The translations under genes and the position numbers were made by a program. A stretch of DNA of 64,000 bases from Bilabrum cf. latius (lineage: Eukaryota): NCBI GenBank assembly GCA_965178125.1, contig OZ237737.1, positions 620,001 to 684,000 of the forward strand. Direction: 5' to 3'. Within the stretch, counting starts at the first letter, position 1. Each line of letters starts with the position of its first letter. The notes beneath the pieces are model-generated. The model was not told where the DNA came from, searched no databases, and worked only from the letters and a program-made list of their open reading frames with translations. Of the stretch, positions 40,234 through 53,500 are shown in pieces.

Positions 40234-42195
40234 ATGCAATACAGCGATACAGCGTAGGAGTGGAAGCCGGCCGCAACGCTTCGAATGGAGCTGCAGGCAC
40301 AGCCGAAGCGCCTGGTTCCACATGTCGACGAGCGTGCGCTACATGAGCGCCACACGCACGACTTTACTGGACCTAGCCCCGCTGATTACGAGCCACGTGG
40401 CACTATTGGAGAGGAACCTGCGGCAAAGCCTGGAACTGAAGTGCGGTTTAAAGGTACTTTCTTCGGGTCTCAGCCTCGGTTCAGGGCCGGCGAATCGGCT
40501 GGAATAGATTCGCCTGGACCGGCGTATTTTCCGGCGGCCGCTGCTGAAATAGCTTAGAGGCAAACCTACAAGCGCAGCAAGCGGCATGGTGGACCACGTC
40601 CTACGTTTGGCACTGCCCCCAAGCTCAGGTCGATCAACCCGCAGTATATTTCAAAGTCGCACGCCGCAACGGAGCACACAGGCCACGACGGCCCAGGCCC
40701 AGGAGGATATTATATGAGCAGTAGCGAGGACGAGTCAGACGCAGAGTCCAAGCGAAGCCCCAGACTGCCGCAATCTGCGCGCGGCATGCCACCAAGGCCC
40801 GATTCGAGAGGCAGCAGGCCTGGCAGCCAGTCTGCCAGGGGAAGCAGGAGGCCGCGCTCGGCCCGCGCAAAGCGAGCAACGACCGGCAGTGGCCGCATGC
40901 AAAAGTTGAAGCGGGCTGATGCGTACCTATCTCACCGGGTTTCGGGCCCGCGCGGCGGCACATTCAGCCGGACGTCCCGTGACGGCGCCAAGCGCATCTT
41001 CATCGGGAAGGAGCACGTTGACCTCTCCGTGGACCGCCACAGGCACCTGTACCCGGCCCCCAACTAGCACAACAAGCTGCCTGGCTCGTTGGGGCTCGAC
41101 CGAGAGCAGACCAAGGCGCTCACGGGATAGTCTCCAAGGGCCGTCTTCGGGTCGGAGCGCAAGTGCGTGGCGGAGAAAGACAACAAGCTGTTCCTCACCA
41201 GGGAACAGCGAAGGGCGCGCTTCGGGGTGGAGGGCCCGGGCCCGGCCGCGCACTCCCCGCGCGTGGGCTTTTTGCACGAGATGGACCAGAGGGCCAGGGC
41301 GCTCGGCTTCGGGGGAACGCGGGTGGGCACGGCACCGACCGGCAGAATGCGGGGGACCGCCAGAGGGAGCAGCAGCAAGAAAGGCACGAAAGGAGGCCGG
41401 GGATCCGGAGTGGGGTCCAGGGGCAGCACGCCAGTGGAGAGGGGAGACAGGAGGGCGCAGACAACGAGCAGGGTGAAGCGGCGGATCGGGACGTTCGGCA
41501 CGGGGCCCAGGCTCGCCACGGACTTCGTGGAGCGAGAGGCGAAGCTGAAGCCGGGCCCTGCCGACTACGACGACGCGATTGCGATGGCTGTGGGGGACTC
41601 GTTGGGCAGGACAACAGCCATGGAGAGGCGAGAGGCGGAGGACATGGCGAGGAGGAGAGAAGTGCTTCGCGCCTCGGGGCGGCTGGACGAGTCGAGGAGG
41701 TCTCCGAGGCAGGTGTACGACCCCGAGGGACAGGGGCTGGGCGGGGGGCCTTCCCTGGACGAGAGGGAGGAGCGCATGATGGACGAGGAGGATGCGAGGA
41801 AGCTGGCCCTATCCATTGCAAGGGGGTCTCCGCACCGCGGGAGGAGGGCACCGGCATACAGCTTCGGTACCTCGACCAGGGAGCACCCCTACCTGACGGT
41901 GCTGGACGCAGAGGCCGTCAAGTAGCCGGCGCCGCCGGGGGCGCGCGGAGCAGGGGCAGGCGCTTTTGGTAGCGGGCGAGTGGGACGAGCCGCGGCAGGG
42001 GGAGAGAGCCCTCGGGCGAGGGTACTGCGGGAGTCGGCGCGAAACAGGGAGAGGGCGGGGGCGACGTCCGCAGTTGTGGCGGCTGTGACAGGGTCGGTGG
42101 GTCTCATGGGCGGCGTGAGCGGGCCCTCGGGAAGGCCGCGTTTCTCGGCTAGATCGTCCGGCCGATTCGGGACCACGTCCTTGCAGAGGCATTGA
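40234..42195 (+). CDS. SHIPPO-1/ODF3-like PGP-repeat axonemal protein (~653 aa)
   Basis: Repeated (S)PGP.xY motifs (TGPSPADY, SPGPAYF, GPGPGGYY, GPGPAAHS, KPGPADY) paired with (T/S)FG motifs (PTFGTAP, GTFGTGP, PAYSFGTS). Five TAG read-throughs join the frame from ATG 40234 to TGA 42193. Confidence 0.72.
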
Positions 42196-42353
42196 AAACG
42201 GTTTTATGAGGAAAAATCCATGCCCAGTAATGGGTTTGGTGTAACTCTATGGTTGCGCTAGTTGGGCGTGCGTGCTTGTTAGGGACTGTCCAATTTCGTC
42301 CTCGACATGCAGCGTCTTGGTTCGAACCGTGACCAAGCGATGCCGTTTGCGCC

Positions 42354-44594
42354 TCACTGTCGCTTGCCTCCGATCACGAGCCGTTTGGTCTTGCCGCCTC
42401 GCCTCTTCTTTTTGGCCTTGCCTTGCCCTGCATCGCCTCCGGTGCCGCTCTGTGGGCGACCCCGCTTCGAGCCCAGGGCGATCCCGCCGCCCGGCGCACC
42501 CTTGCTTCCCTAGGCCGCGCGTGTTGATGCCCCTTTGCTCGAGGCGCTGGATGACGACGAGGACGAGGCGCTGCTACCACTAGCAGCCGCTGCGCTAGCA
42601 TCCGCTCTCGGCTAGCACCGCTCGAAGAGTGCCACGAAGAACCCGCCCGAGAGATCCTGCGCCGCGTCCACCCTCACGAGGCAAGCCCTCTCCTGCTCGG
42701 ATAGGCCGGGCGCGGGCACCCCCCTCCTGTGCCACCAGGGCAGCGCGGGGATGAGCCTCCAGGGCCAGAGGGACGTGTCTCTCGCGAGGCTCTCCCTGGC
42801 TCCTGCGTCGGCCCCCCTCAGCGCCCTCTGCCTCAATGCACCGATCTGGGCGTTTGCCCTGGCCATGGCTGCCACCACCACCGCCTCGTCTTCCTCCACG
42901 TGCACGGAGCAGGTGGAGTAGGCCACTCGCAGGACGGAGGGCAGGTGCAGCGCGTGCTCGAGGGCCTGCATCTGGAAGGAGGAGAGGGCCTGCAGGCGCC
43001 TGCGCTCGTCCAGGGTGGTGGCAGGCAGCTCGATGCAGTCGGCAGGGCCGTCGATCGTCCCGGAGACAGAGGTAGGCAGCTTAACCCGTTTGCTCGAACC
43101 CCCCTTCAACTCCCGCTGCGCCTCCCCCACGGCGATTTCCAGCGCCCTCTCCAGCCGCTGCACCATGCCGCTGCCCGAGCAGGACGGGTCCAGCAGAATA
43201 GCCCGAACGGGAGGCAGGCCCTCGTGACTGGGTGGCTCAGCTGAGGACGGTGCCGGCGACGACGATGACGGGGAGGAAGAAGATGAGGAGGAAGACGAGG
43301 ACTGTGCATACCTCGGCTTGCCTGCTCCGGGCACGAACTCTGGCACCTCGGGTAGCTTGGACTGCACCGCCCCATCCGCATCGATGGCCAGGTCTAGGAA
43401 CGAAGCCAGGGTGCACTGCACGGAGGTGCCCGCCCCATGCTCTTTGCAGCGCCGCTTCAGCAGCGCCGCTCTCCTGGGGTCCCGATCGAAGGCCAGCACG
43501 CGGTTGGCCGAGCTGGCCGGCAAGCTAGACTCCATCGCAGACCAGGATGGGACAGTGCTGCCAGCCGCAGACACAGCCTCTGTCGTTGCCTTGCCCGCCG
43601 CACTGGCCAGGGGTGCCACGCTGGCATTGCCTGCGCCTGAAACGCGGGTAAGTAGAGAGGCAAGCTGCATGGTTTTGTTACCAGGGGCGGCGCACGCGTC
43701 CACCACGGTGAACGGGGTGGCGGGGGGCCAGCAGGAGCTTCCATCGGGGCCCGCGCCGCTCCCCGAGCTGGCCGCTACGTCCTCGGCGGATCCTTCCCTG
43801 GAGCCACATCCACTGCTGGATCGATCACCTGCGCCCCTTCCTTCGCCGCGCCCCGGGGATGGCGATGCCAGCAGCGCCAGCGCGGGCATGCAGGAGGACC
43901 TGTCCTGCTGCAGGAGGTGGCCCTCCTTGACCAGGTCGAATTCGCGGAGGTCCGAGGGGAGGGAGGGGGCATGTCCCAGGGGAGCAGGTGCGCGTGGCTT
44001 GGGTGACGCGGCATGCTTGCCTCGCTTGCCGGCTTTGGCCCCTTTGGAGTCTGATGCCGGGGCAGTCAGCACGTCGAGCACGGCAGGCTCCACCGTGGCT
44101 GCGGCGAGTAGCCCGCCCTTTATCGCAGATCGCACGGCCTCAATAGCACCCTCTTTGAGAGGATTGATCCGCAAGTATCTAGGCCACTTGGCTTGTAGCT
44201 GCATGGCCTAGCGCACGGCCGGAGCTACCAGCTCTGGGTTGTCGCTAAAATCCCGGGCTACAAGGCCTGCCAGACGAGACTTCCAGCTGAGCACCAGTTT
44301 TCCAGCCGCCCCGGCCCTCTTCACGCTAGAGTTCTTGCCAAACAAAACTTCAAACACTAGGACCGCAAGTAGGAACTGATTTCCTTTCTGATCTCCTTCG
44401 CTTGCAGCCTTGAGCAAACCAGACCGCCTGAGCAAGTGTAGGATGCCGTGATACCGTTTCAAGGTCTCGCACACTAGCGCATACACTGCACCCTTAGCCT
44501 GAACCCTATCGTCACCCAGTACACTTTCCTTAATGCTCGAATTTTTGTCAAGTACCCTCTGGAGGCACATGCCTGCAGTGCTAAAAATGCTCAT
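42354..44594 (-). CDS. NSUN5: 25S/28S rRNA m5C methyltransferase NSUN5/Rcm1 (~746 aa)
   Basis: Motifs VYALVCETLK, PRYLRINPLK, LLQQDRSSCMPA, VVDACAAPGNKT, ILLDPSCSGSG, VAYSTCSVHVEEDEAVV and GFFVALFER. N-terminal and catalytic parts join through TAG 44208. A Lys/Arg-rich tail follows TAG 42612 and ends at TGA 42354. Confidence 0.92.
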
Positions 44595-44758
44595 CTTGCA
44601 CCCTAGAAATCAATGGGTGGGCTACTCTATTCAGTCGTACTTTTATTAATACACAGCACGCAGTAATTTATTAGCGAAAATTAGACTCCTGATTGAATTC
44701 TTGCTTTTGCTCGCTGCACTTTATGGCTCCGGACCATTCATTTTTGGAGTGCAATTGA
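44595..44758. promoter_or_regulatory. Putative bidirectional promoter between NSUN5 and ISD11
   Basis: 164-bp clearly AT-rich spacer between divergent ATGs. Inferred from geometry and composition. Confidence 0.45.
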
Positions 44759-45233
44759 ATGGCCACTCCTGACGATATGAGCAGGTCCCAAGTAATTTAG
44801 TTATATAGAAATGTTTTGAGAGCTGCATCATCGTTCAAGGTATGGCTTTTTGCGGTCTGAATACGATGCAGAAGCCCGGATTCTCCGTATCTTTTATTTG
44901 CATCCGTCGAGTTGCCTCGTTCGCAGGACTACAACTTTAGATCGTACGCTCTCCGCCGAGCAAAAGATTCGTTTAGGGCTCATGCATAGGCAGACTCGAG
45001 CGAAGTGCCAGCTTTGCTTCGTGCCGTGAGGATAGTGTTGTTGTATGCTTGCCACGTGCGCTATCATGTGGTGCATCACCATCAAATTTTTAACTAAACA
45101 CGTTTCTCTACCGCAGGGAAACGATGAATTCTTGCGGTTGAGTCGAATGGCAATGGTGAACAGCATGTTTGCAAGCAAAGAGGCCGTGGTTGATGTCATG
45201 AAAAGGGAGGGCGGGATTCCTGGAAGGAAATGA
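44759..45233 (+). CDS. ISD11: ISD11/LYRM4, LYR-motif subunit of the mitochondrial cysteine desulfurase complex (~98 aa)
   Basis: Exons 44759-44839, 44927-45025 and 45117-45233 (87- and 91-nt introns) give RSQVI[TAG]LYRNVLRAASSFK-DYNFRSYALRRAKDSFR..RLSRMAMVNSMF. This matches the Isd11 LYR..F..YNF..YA.RR..D.FR pattern. Only the last exon is visible in the ORF track. Confidence 0.88.
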
Positions 45234-45294
45234 CCGTCTTGCTCATGCACAGTGGGTTGAACTGGATATTAACTCCCCATACGTGATCAACCTA

Positions 45295-46110
45295 TCACCG
45301 TCTATGCTACGGCTCGCCGCCCTCGTCGATGCCTTCGCTCGCGGCTCCACCGCTAGCAACGGCCCGACGCCACACCTTGCGGCGTGGGCGCCCTGCGACA
45401 TCTGCTCGCTCTCCAGGCTACCTACCGGGCTCTGCCGATGGCGAGGCCTTAACCTTATGCCCTTCCGGCTTGTCCGTGTCCTTGCGCTAGTCATTGTCCA
45501 TCTACGATCCGCCGAGCAGTCCAGCTGGCTTGGCCACGTCGTCTTCGATCCCCCAGTCGATCTCCTCCTCGTGGTCGTCCTCACCCCGGTCCCGCCACAG
45601 TGGGATTCCAGATGATCTCGCAAATTGAACTGTTGATTGGCGCAGGCCCTGTACCGCGCTTCGGAGATTGCCTACCGCTTCGCCGCCCCGGAGAGAGTCC
45701 ACACGAGGCCGCAGCATCCCCTTCATCCTATCTGCGAACTCTGCTGCAGAGCTTACCCCCAATACGATGCATCCGACGCCGCACGCGGCCGCAAAAACCG
45801 AAACAGACAGCACGGAACCGATCCCAAAGGCTCGTAGGGCCATGCGAGATACCTATGCTCGTTGGGCGGTGCTCAAGGCGGAGCTCGCAACCTTTGATAT
45901 CTGCCCAGTGTTAGCTTGCGCTTGCAGTTTCGCTTCGGAAGTCTTGAGACCGAAATATATTCCGCAACTAATGGTCAGGAGGCTTAGACCGAACGCGCTG
46001 GCCGGGAGTACCACTTGTCCTAACTTGCCCCGAACGAAGTGCAGTTGCGGCTCTTGTGAGACATCAGAGGGAGGATGATTTGAATTTTTATTATTTCTGG
46101 GAGCTGCCAT
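45295..46110 (-). CDS. TMEM242 (DUF1358)-like mitochondrial membrane protein (~271 aa)
   Basis: Two hydrophobic segments; ALRAFGIGSVLSV..LGVSSAAEFADRM resembles the TMEM242 ALRALG.G..LGV.S..EF..M pattern. Joined through TAG 45853 and further TAGs. Ends at TGA 45295. Confidence 0.65.
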
Positions 46111-46274
46111 CGGTCAATTCATCCTGTATACAAGGGTTGGCAACACTGCAAACGCAGCGTAAACAAGCGGAACCACAGCCTGAGAGGCGCGGCGCCGGCA
46201 GCGCCACAGTCGCTGCCGCTGCGCTTGCTCAGAATTGATGACCAGCAGTTCGATCACCGCAAGGACATGCTCAC

Positions 46275-47304
46275 TCACTTGCCGCCGCCAGCAGCCGCAC
46301 CCTTCGCGCCGGTACCAGCCTCCTTGAGCTTCTGGTCGATGATGGCCTGGGCCTGAAGCGTCACGGGCTTCAGGAAGGCAGGGTTGCTCGCCGCCAGGGC
46401 CGAGAACTCGTCGAGGTTGATGTACCCATCCTTGTTCACGTCATACTCCGTGAACGTGGCATCCACCATCTTCTGGATCTCCACCATGCTCACCGGCAGG
46501 TCGTGCTCGGTCATCGCGGCCGACAGCATGCCGCGCAGCTCGCCGGGGCTGATCAATCCATCCTTGTTCAAGTCGAACACCTTGAACAGGAACTCAGTGC
46601 GGCTCTTTGCAGGGGACTCGGGGCTCAACAAATCCAAACCGCTGACGAACTCAGCAAAGTTGATCTGCGATGGTGAACAAGTATGCCGTCGGAGGTCATT
46701 TGGGTTCTGGCGTGCAAAGCGTTTACGTTCTGGCGTGCAAGTTTCGCACCTTGGTGTCACCATCTGTATCAAATACTTGGAAAACTCTCTCCAGAAACAA
46801 GTTCGGCTGGTCCTTGTACCCGAGTGCCTCCTGGAATCCCCCGCGAGTGATGAACAGCTCTCCGGACTTCGTGTCTTTATCACCAAGCACCTGGAAGTGC
46901 TCCCAGAGTGCCTTGATATGGGCCTCATTGACTGCATTCCGGTAGAAATAAGACACGGCTCGCGCAGTGCAAGGGTAGAGACGCACAGCATGAGGCTACT
47001 GACAAGATCCCGGTAATGCTACACGGCCCGAAATCGGGTCGGTCGCCCATGCATCTGAAAGACACCACATGACTCCCTCAGAACCAGCCATACACTGGTA
47101 AACAAAACAATACGATTAGAATAGGCCTACCCAAAATCGGATCATGGGTTCGCAGAACCAGCAATGACAAGATTCTGGGAGGTCCAGGTCGTGGTCTATG
47201 AGATGAATTTTTTCGTCAATCTCACACGCTGTAGCCCTAAGAAGAGATCCCAACAATTTATCAGAAATGGCACTGGAGGCTGAAGCGCTCGATGTGTTTC
47301 CCAT
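46275..47304 (-). CDS. Calcineurin B-like (CBL-type) myristoylated EF-hand calcium sensor (~216 aa)
   Basis: Exons 47304-47226, 46931-46750 and 46664-46275. MGNTSS myristoylation motif; FNEAHIKALWEHF; NLFLERVFQVFDTDGD; EF loops DLNKDGLISPGE and DVNKDGYINLDE; C-terminal NPAFLKPVTL similar to the CBL P.LLKNMTL motif. Confidence 0.85.
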
Positions 47305-47541
47305 GACTCTACGAGAGCAATAATGGGCTGCTGGAATGTCGATGTAACCGGTCTCGACGTCGCGCCTGGCGGCGGTCGGCGGTCGCATCAAATCAACGAA
47401 CATTCGTTTTTGGTTCGGTAGGTCATCTTCGCACAGGCTGGAGCTGGCTCGTGGCAGATGGCACTTTCCAACGCAGCACAATTTAGACATCATCTTATTC
47501 ACTCCCTACGATTGAGGACGCTTCTTGTCACCGCTTCACGA

Positions 47542-50500
47542 TCAACCTCTCCGGGCAGCCGCCGATTCAACCTCTCCCTCTCGCAGAACAGCCCTTGCTC
47601 TACGCGCCAGGAGGCCGCGCTGGGCCTCGATCCGCCGCTTCTCCGCCGCCCACCTAGGCTTGTTCACGGCGCTATCGGCCGGCAGTCTTCTCCAGTGGGC
47701 CTCCCCAAGGTATTCATACGCAACCCTCGCGGCTCGCCTGAACGGGGGCTTGCCCTGCAGCTTCTCCTCTAGCTTCTGGCGCACCGCGGCGCTCGCGACG
47801 TCGGACGGGTCGTGGATCACGTCCGACGCAACGTCCTCACCAAGCCCGATCCCGTACTCTGGTAAGGTGTGGTCGAGATCGCCCACTGCGCGCGTGCCCT
47901 CATCACCCCGAGGGCCGCCCCCTTGGTTGCTGCCCCCCTCTTCTTCCTGGACTGAATCGCCGGACAGCTCAGGTGCTGGGGCCACCAATCGACTGGCGGG
48001 ACCTGCTGGCAGCACCTGCACGGCTTGGCCTGGCCGCAGGACGCGCCCGTTGTTGTTCTCCTCCTCTCGGCTGCCAGCACTCCCACCACCGCCGCTGCCT
48101 CTGCCGCTGCTGCCGTCTCCCCATCCATCGTCAGAGCGGCCCGTCGGGGAAGTCCTGCCATCGCCACGGGGCGCCTCGGGGGATTGGTCCAGGGGATATC
48201 CATCAGCACCCCCAGGAGCCATTCCAATGGGCCCCACCCCTGACCCGGCGATCGCGCGTTCGTCCGCTGAGTGCCTCAGCTTGGTAGTGACGAACCCCGC
48301 CAGCCTCGCATCCTTCTCCATGCGCCGTGGGGACACCTTGCCGGAGGGTCCCCCCCGCCACGTGTCCACTGCGTATGTCTCCACCACGCGGTGGATGTCA
48401 GGCGTGTCCAGGGTGTACCTAAGAGGCTCAGTGTTCCGCATTGGGCCTACCTTGGCCGCGGCTTTCCTGTGGATGGACCGCACAGTGTGCTCGGGGCTCC
48501 GCCTGTCGGCCTCACCCCTTTGACCACCACCCCCTCCATCCCTGCGACCGTGTTTGCTGCTCGATGAGTTCCCGCCATCCGACAGCTTGCTGCCAGCATC
48601 GGAATGTGCACCGAGCGTCGACTTGGATCCCCCGTGGGCCCCGCCCCCTTGGAGGTAAGAGTCCTGGGCCACGCTCTCTCTGTCCAAGTCCGTGCCCTGG
48701 CTCAGCTGAGACTGCGCTGCGAGCAACTCCTGCAGCGCGTTGCGCTGCCCTGTTGTGGGCCGCCGCAGCGTGACCGACCCCCTCCTTGCCCTCATCTGCT
48801 GCAGGGTCCTCTGCTTGTCGTCCTCCTTCTTGAGCCGCTGCTCCCGCTTGATGGACGCCTCGGCTCGGATCCTTGCCGTTTCCTTGCGCTTGGCCAGGTC
48901 ACTCAGTCGAGTCACAGTGACGTCATAGCCCTGAGTCAGACCGAGGGCAAGCGATGCGCGTGCGATGCGCTGCCCCTGCGCGTCTCTTTGCAGCACCGCG
49001 GGCCACGGCTGCGACTGCCCTATGCGCGCCACCCGCTCACCCCTTAGGGACCAGATGACAACATCGAGCCCGGCGGCGGTCACGAACACGGGTAACTTGC
49101 TACCGTCCCTTGGCAGCGCAAACGTGATGGATCGGACGGCCTGCCCCTGGGGTGCCACTCTCCACTCCCTCACCGGGTGCAGCAGGCAGCTCGGGTCCCT
49201 CTCCAAGTTCCTCACGTCGAAGATGCGAGCGCAGCCGTTCTCGTATCCTACGAACAGGACGTGGCCCAGCACATCGCATTGCATGGCAGTAACTGCCTGT
49301 CGGGAGTCCCCGGACCAGTTAGGCGAAGAGGGCTTGCAGCGAAAGCCAGTCCGCACCTTGTGTGCATCCAAATTGGCTGACTTGCCGTCTCGATTGCCTT
49401 GCGTCCGGATCGGCGAGGGTGGCGGGGCCATAGGCGTCTCCCCGAATCGACGGGAAGTCACCCTGGGACCAACCCCCATTGGGTTGTTCCCTCGATTCCC
49501 ACTCAGCAGCGCAGCCCAAGGCCCGGCCTTGCTTGCCGGGCTGGACTGTCGCCTGCTCTGCAGCGGCACAGGAACGAACTTGCCGGTCTGCAGATGCATG
49601 GCGTGAATAGAGCCACCTGCAGTACCCGCCAGCAGCAGCGCCTGGTGCGGTACCTCGGCCAGCGACTCGACAGAGGCCGGCAGTAGGCTGCCAATGTCTG
49701 TCGCGTCGCAAATTGTGTGCACAAAGAGCGTCTGTAGCGTCACTGGGTTCCACAGCACGAGCTGCCCGTCGGAGCTCCCAGTTGCGAGCCAGGACAGCCG
49801 TAGCAGCTGCGATGCGGTGGCAGGCCCAGAATGATTCCTGAGTATGGCACTCGAGGAGCCCTCGCCACCGGCCAGGATACACACGAGATCGCCAGACCGA
49901 CCCTTTCCCAGCACATCACCGGTCACCGCGGCACGCTTGCGCAAGGCACCTGCAGTAGTCAGGCCCCGTGAAGGAGGCTGGAGTCGAGAAGAATTCAAAG
50001 CCTTCGGTCGTTGTGCGGAGACTTTGCCTGTGGTCAAGGTCGAGCCACCGGCATCTTTGGCCTCTTGCAAGTTCTCTTGCGCCATCTTTGTCCTGCCGCC
50101 GCGCCCTACGCGACCAGAGCTGGAGCCGGGTGGCTGCGGTTTGCGCTGCTGGTTATCCGCAGAGCCTCCTGGCATGGACTCACTGCGCTGCGCAGCTGCC
50201 GCTGCAGCACCTGCAGCCTTGTCCAGAGTGCTGCTCAACTTCGAGACAGCACGCGTGGCGGTTGTCCTACTTCCCGCAGGATCATTGCTTTCAGGTCCCC
50301 CAGAGAACAATACCACGGACCTACGCCGAGCACGTGCCATCATGTCTGCTCGGCGGCGGTTCTCCTTCTCGATCTCGTCCTGCTTCTGCTATTCTGCCTC
50401 AACGGCACGCACCACCAGCTAGTCCCTGGCAGTGCGCTTCCAGCCCGCCATACGTTGCCGCAGTCGCATGAGCGTCCCGATGTTGGCCTTTCCCTCCGCA

Positions 50501-53500
50501 GGCATGCCGGGCAGCCCAACCTTTGTGCCGTCACTAGCCCGAATTCCCAGCAGATCATCGTCACCACCAGAGCGTGAGACTGGCGGCACGAAGCGCCTAT
50601 CAGGCTCCAGAGGGTCGCCGGCTTCAGACGGCGTGCCATGTGTGGCATTTCCTGGTGCATTGCTCCCAATCTGGGACCCTCCTTTGCTAGTCAAGTCTCG
50701 CAGCTTCCAGGGGTTTTGTCGCATCTGCTTGCGCTCGTCCGCTGAGAAGCCCGCTTCGATCATCTGTTTCCGCTGCTCTGCCGCAGCGACAGCCAGTCTC
50801 TCAGCGGCTCCTCCGTCCAGCCTCCGCGGTGAGCTGCTGTTCTAGGCTTGCAGCTTCATGCGGCGCTGGGCAGACCTGGCAGTGAGGGCGGAGCCTCCAG
50901 CCGGGCCAGCCTGCAGCGATCCATTTGTAACAGACGTGTGGGAGGTGCGTCGACCCCTGGGGAGCTGCAGGGGCTTCTTGCGGCGCTGAGGTGGGCGCGG
51001 CTTGGCTCTTGGTGAGACTCCAAGCGCTTTGGCTCGCCTTGAGCCATTGCCATGGGCATCTGGAGTCGACGACGCGACGATGATGGATCGATCCCCGGTG
51101 ATCGCTGCTAAATTGGCTCCCGCAATGTCCTTAGTTGTTTGCGATGTAGGGTGAAGCCTAGTGAAATCGAGCGATGGCACACCCTGGCCACCGTCTTGCC
51201 GGCCGTCCTTCACTCCCAAGCGGACGGCAGACTCGTCGAAGCTGCGCTCCACCCAAGACCAATCCAGTCCTCCTTCTGAACCGGGTTCCGCGGCCTCGTT
51301 TCTCTGGGTAGCAAACTGTGACGTGGGTGCTGCTGACGATCCTGGCGGGGCTGCCTTGCGCAGCTGCAGCGCAGCAGAAGCACCGTTGCTCTCGTCGCCA
51401 TCCTCAGCCTCCTCTCCGCCCTCGTCGCGCCAAAAGCTCACGAGGCCTCCCCAAGCACCCCCAACGATGGGGTGGGACAGACCACCTGCTGGATGGTAGC
51501 ATGCGCACGTGAGCTCAGAGTCGATCGAAATAAGCCGCCGATTGGGGGCGCCGTTGCTCAAGTTCCACAGGCGGATACTGCCATCAACCGCCCCGGTGAG
51601 CAGGCGACGCCCCTGCGCATCCAGCGAGGCGCACGTGAGCTCAATCGGGGCCGGTCTGCTAGTGGCCCCTAAGCGCAGCTCCGACCCATCCGTGTTGCTG
51701 TTGCGGTGATGCACCCTGAATGACGTGACAACTACACCGGTGCGCAGGTCCACAACAGCGACCCTGCCACCGTACCGCACCGTCACAATCTGGTCGAAGG
51801 CACCTGAGTACATGACCCTCATTACTACGTCGGCATCGCTCGCAAGCAGCACCTTATGCTTCTCCTGGGCCTCCTCGCGATAGTTCCGGAGAGCCCGCTC
51901 GTCGACGGAGCCCCGCCTCGCCCTTGCTTTCTATGCCAGCTGGTCCACCTCGTCCCCGTCCCCCTTCGTGAAAGACTTGTCGCTCTTGGACGATGGGCCA
52001 TCGGTCCGATCCCCGCGCTTCTCAGGGATGGCATCCATCAGGCGCTTGTCATCGTGGAGTGCCTGGGCCAAAGCGCTGCCGGGAGCTGCCGCAACTGCGC
52101 GGACGGCTGCCTTGGCTGCTGTCTCGTGGTTCAGCTCCACTTCTCTTACCCTCCATGCGCGCACATGGGAGCCAAACGTTATGACTGCAAGCCTCTGCAT
52201 GTCAACTGCCAGTCCCGCGCTCTGCCTAGACAAGTTGTCTTGCACCACTTGCAGCTGCCGCAGAGTGCGCGGGTCCCATACGGTCAGCCTGCCCCCCTTT
52301 GTGAGAGTGATGACCTGATGATGCACGTCATTGACCGCAACGTCCACGATGGCTTCCTGTGGCGAGGCAGAGGGTGGGGCCTCGCCCAGCTCAGCCACAT
52401 GGCTCTTTCTAACGAACGCATCCCAAAGCAGCAGCCTCCTGTCGAATCCGCACGTAACCACGCACCGTTCTGATTCGCACCACGCAAGGGCAGTGATCCC
52501 CAGAGGATGGGACATCTCAAAGCGCTTCGTAATCACGCAGTTCTTCACGTCAACTGCTTCGAGAGGCCCGCCTAGACCGGCACATAGCAATCCAAGCCCG
52601 GGTACAGGCAGGAGCTGGGTCACTGCCTCGCAAGTGAGGTTCACCATGCCATACAGCGAGGAGTCGTTTGGGCGCCAGAATCCAACACAGCCAGCAGAGT
52701 CGCCGACAGCGTACACCCGCCATGTGTCTGGGTTTTCATCTCCACTTGCATCAGCCTGCGCTGACTGTGACCGCCTCGTTGGTCGTTTCTTGCGAGATCT
52801 GCGAGATGTTGCAGGTGCCTGCGGAGCTTGAGACTGCTTTCCTCCGCTCCCACTGGTGGCCTTATTCTGTCCACCAGACTGAATTCCGGACGCTGGGACG
52901 CCACGTTTTATCCTGTCAATGATACCCTGAAGACTGCGGCGCTCGTCAAAGCCACTCGATACGAACACACTCACGCAGCACACCGCCCTCGGCACACCAG
53001 GCCCTGTTCCAAAACTAGCCATGGGGCGCAGCGTGGTGGTGGAAGGGTCATGCGCACCTACCCTCGGGCAGCTGTGCTGATCGACTGACATTATATCGAA
53101 CATACCGGGAGTTGACCCCTCCCCGTCATCGTCAAGTTCGCGCGTTGACCAGGGCACCCGTACAGCCGTGCCGACGGCTCGACCACTCGCAAGCTCGGTG
53201 CCTTGCCCAGGCATGCCAGCTCTCAGTCGATCGCCAGCCACACGGCGACCAGTGGGCCGACGCACCTGATCGTGCGCATCTCTGACCTTGACAATCGACT
53301 CATCTGCCTTGACGGTCCTGCCAAACCCGATCGCTCCCTCTACGCCAAGGGAAAAGGGACGGACCGCCTTCCCCCCGGCCCCTGCTTTGCCAGCCCCTGG
53401 CAAGAGCTCTGCACGCCGGGCGGCAGATCCTCCGAGCTGCTTCAACAGCCTGGTGGCGATAGTCTGCGCAGCCCCAAGGGCCGCGCCCCGTCTTGCAGCT

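Noticed and set aside
38850-42195. Fusion of IMPAD1 with the SHIPPO-repeat gene by TAA readthrough (same frame)
   Set aside because: An in-frame TGA at 40225 lies between them, and the intervening sequence looks non-coding.
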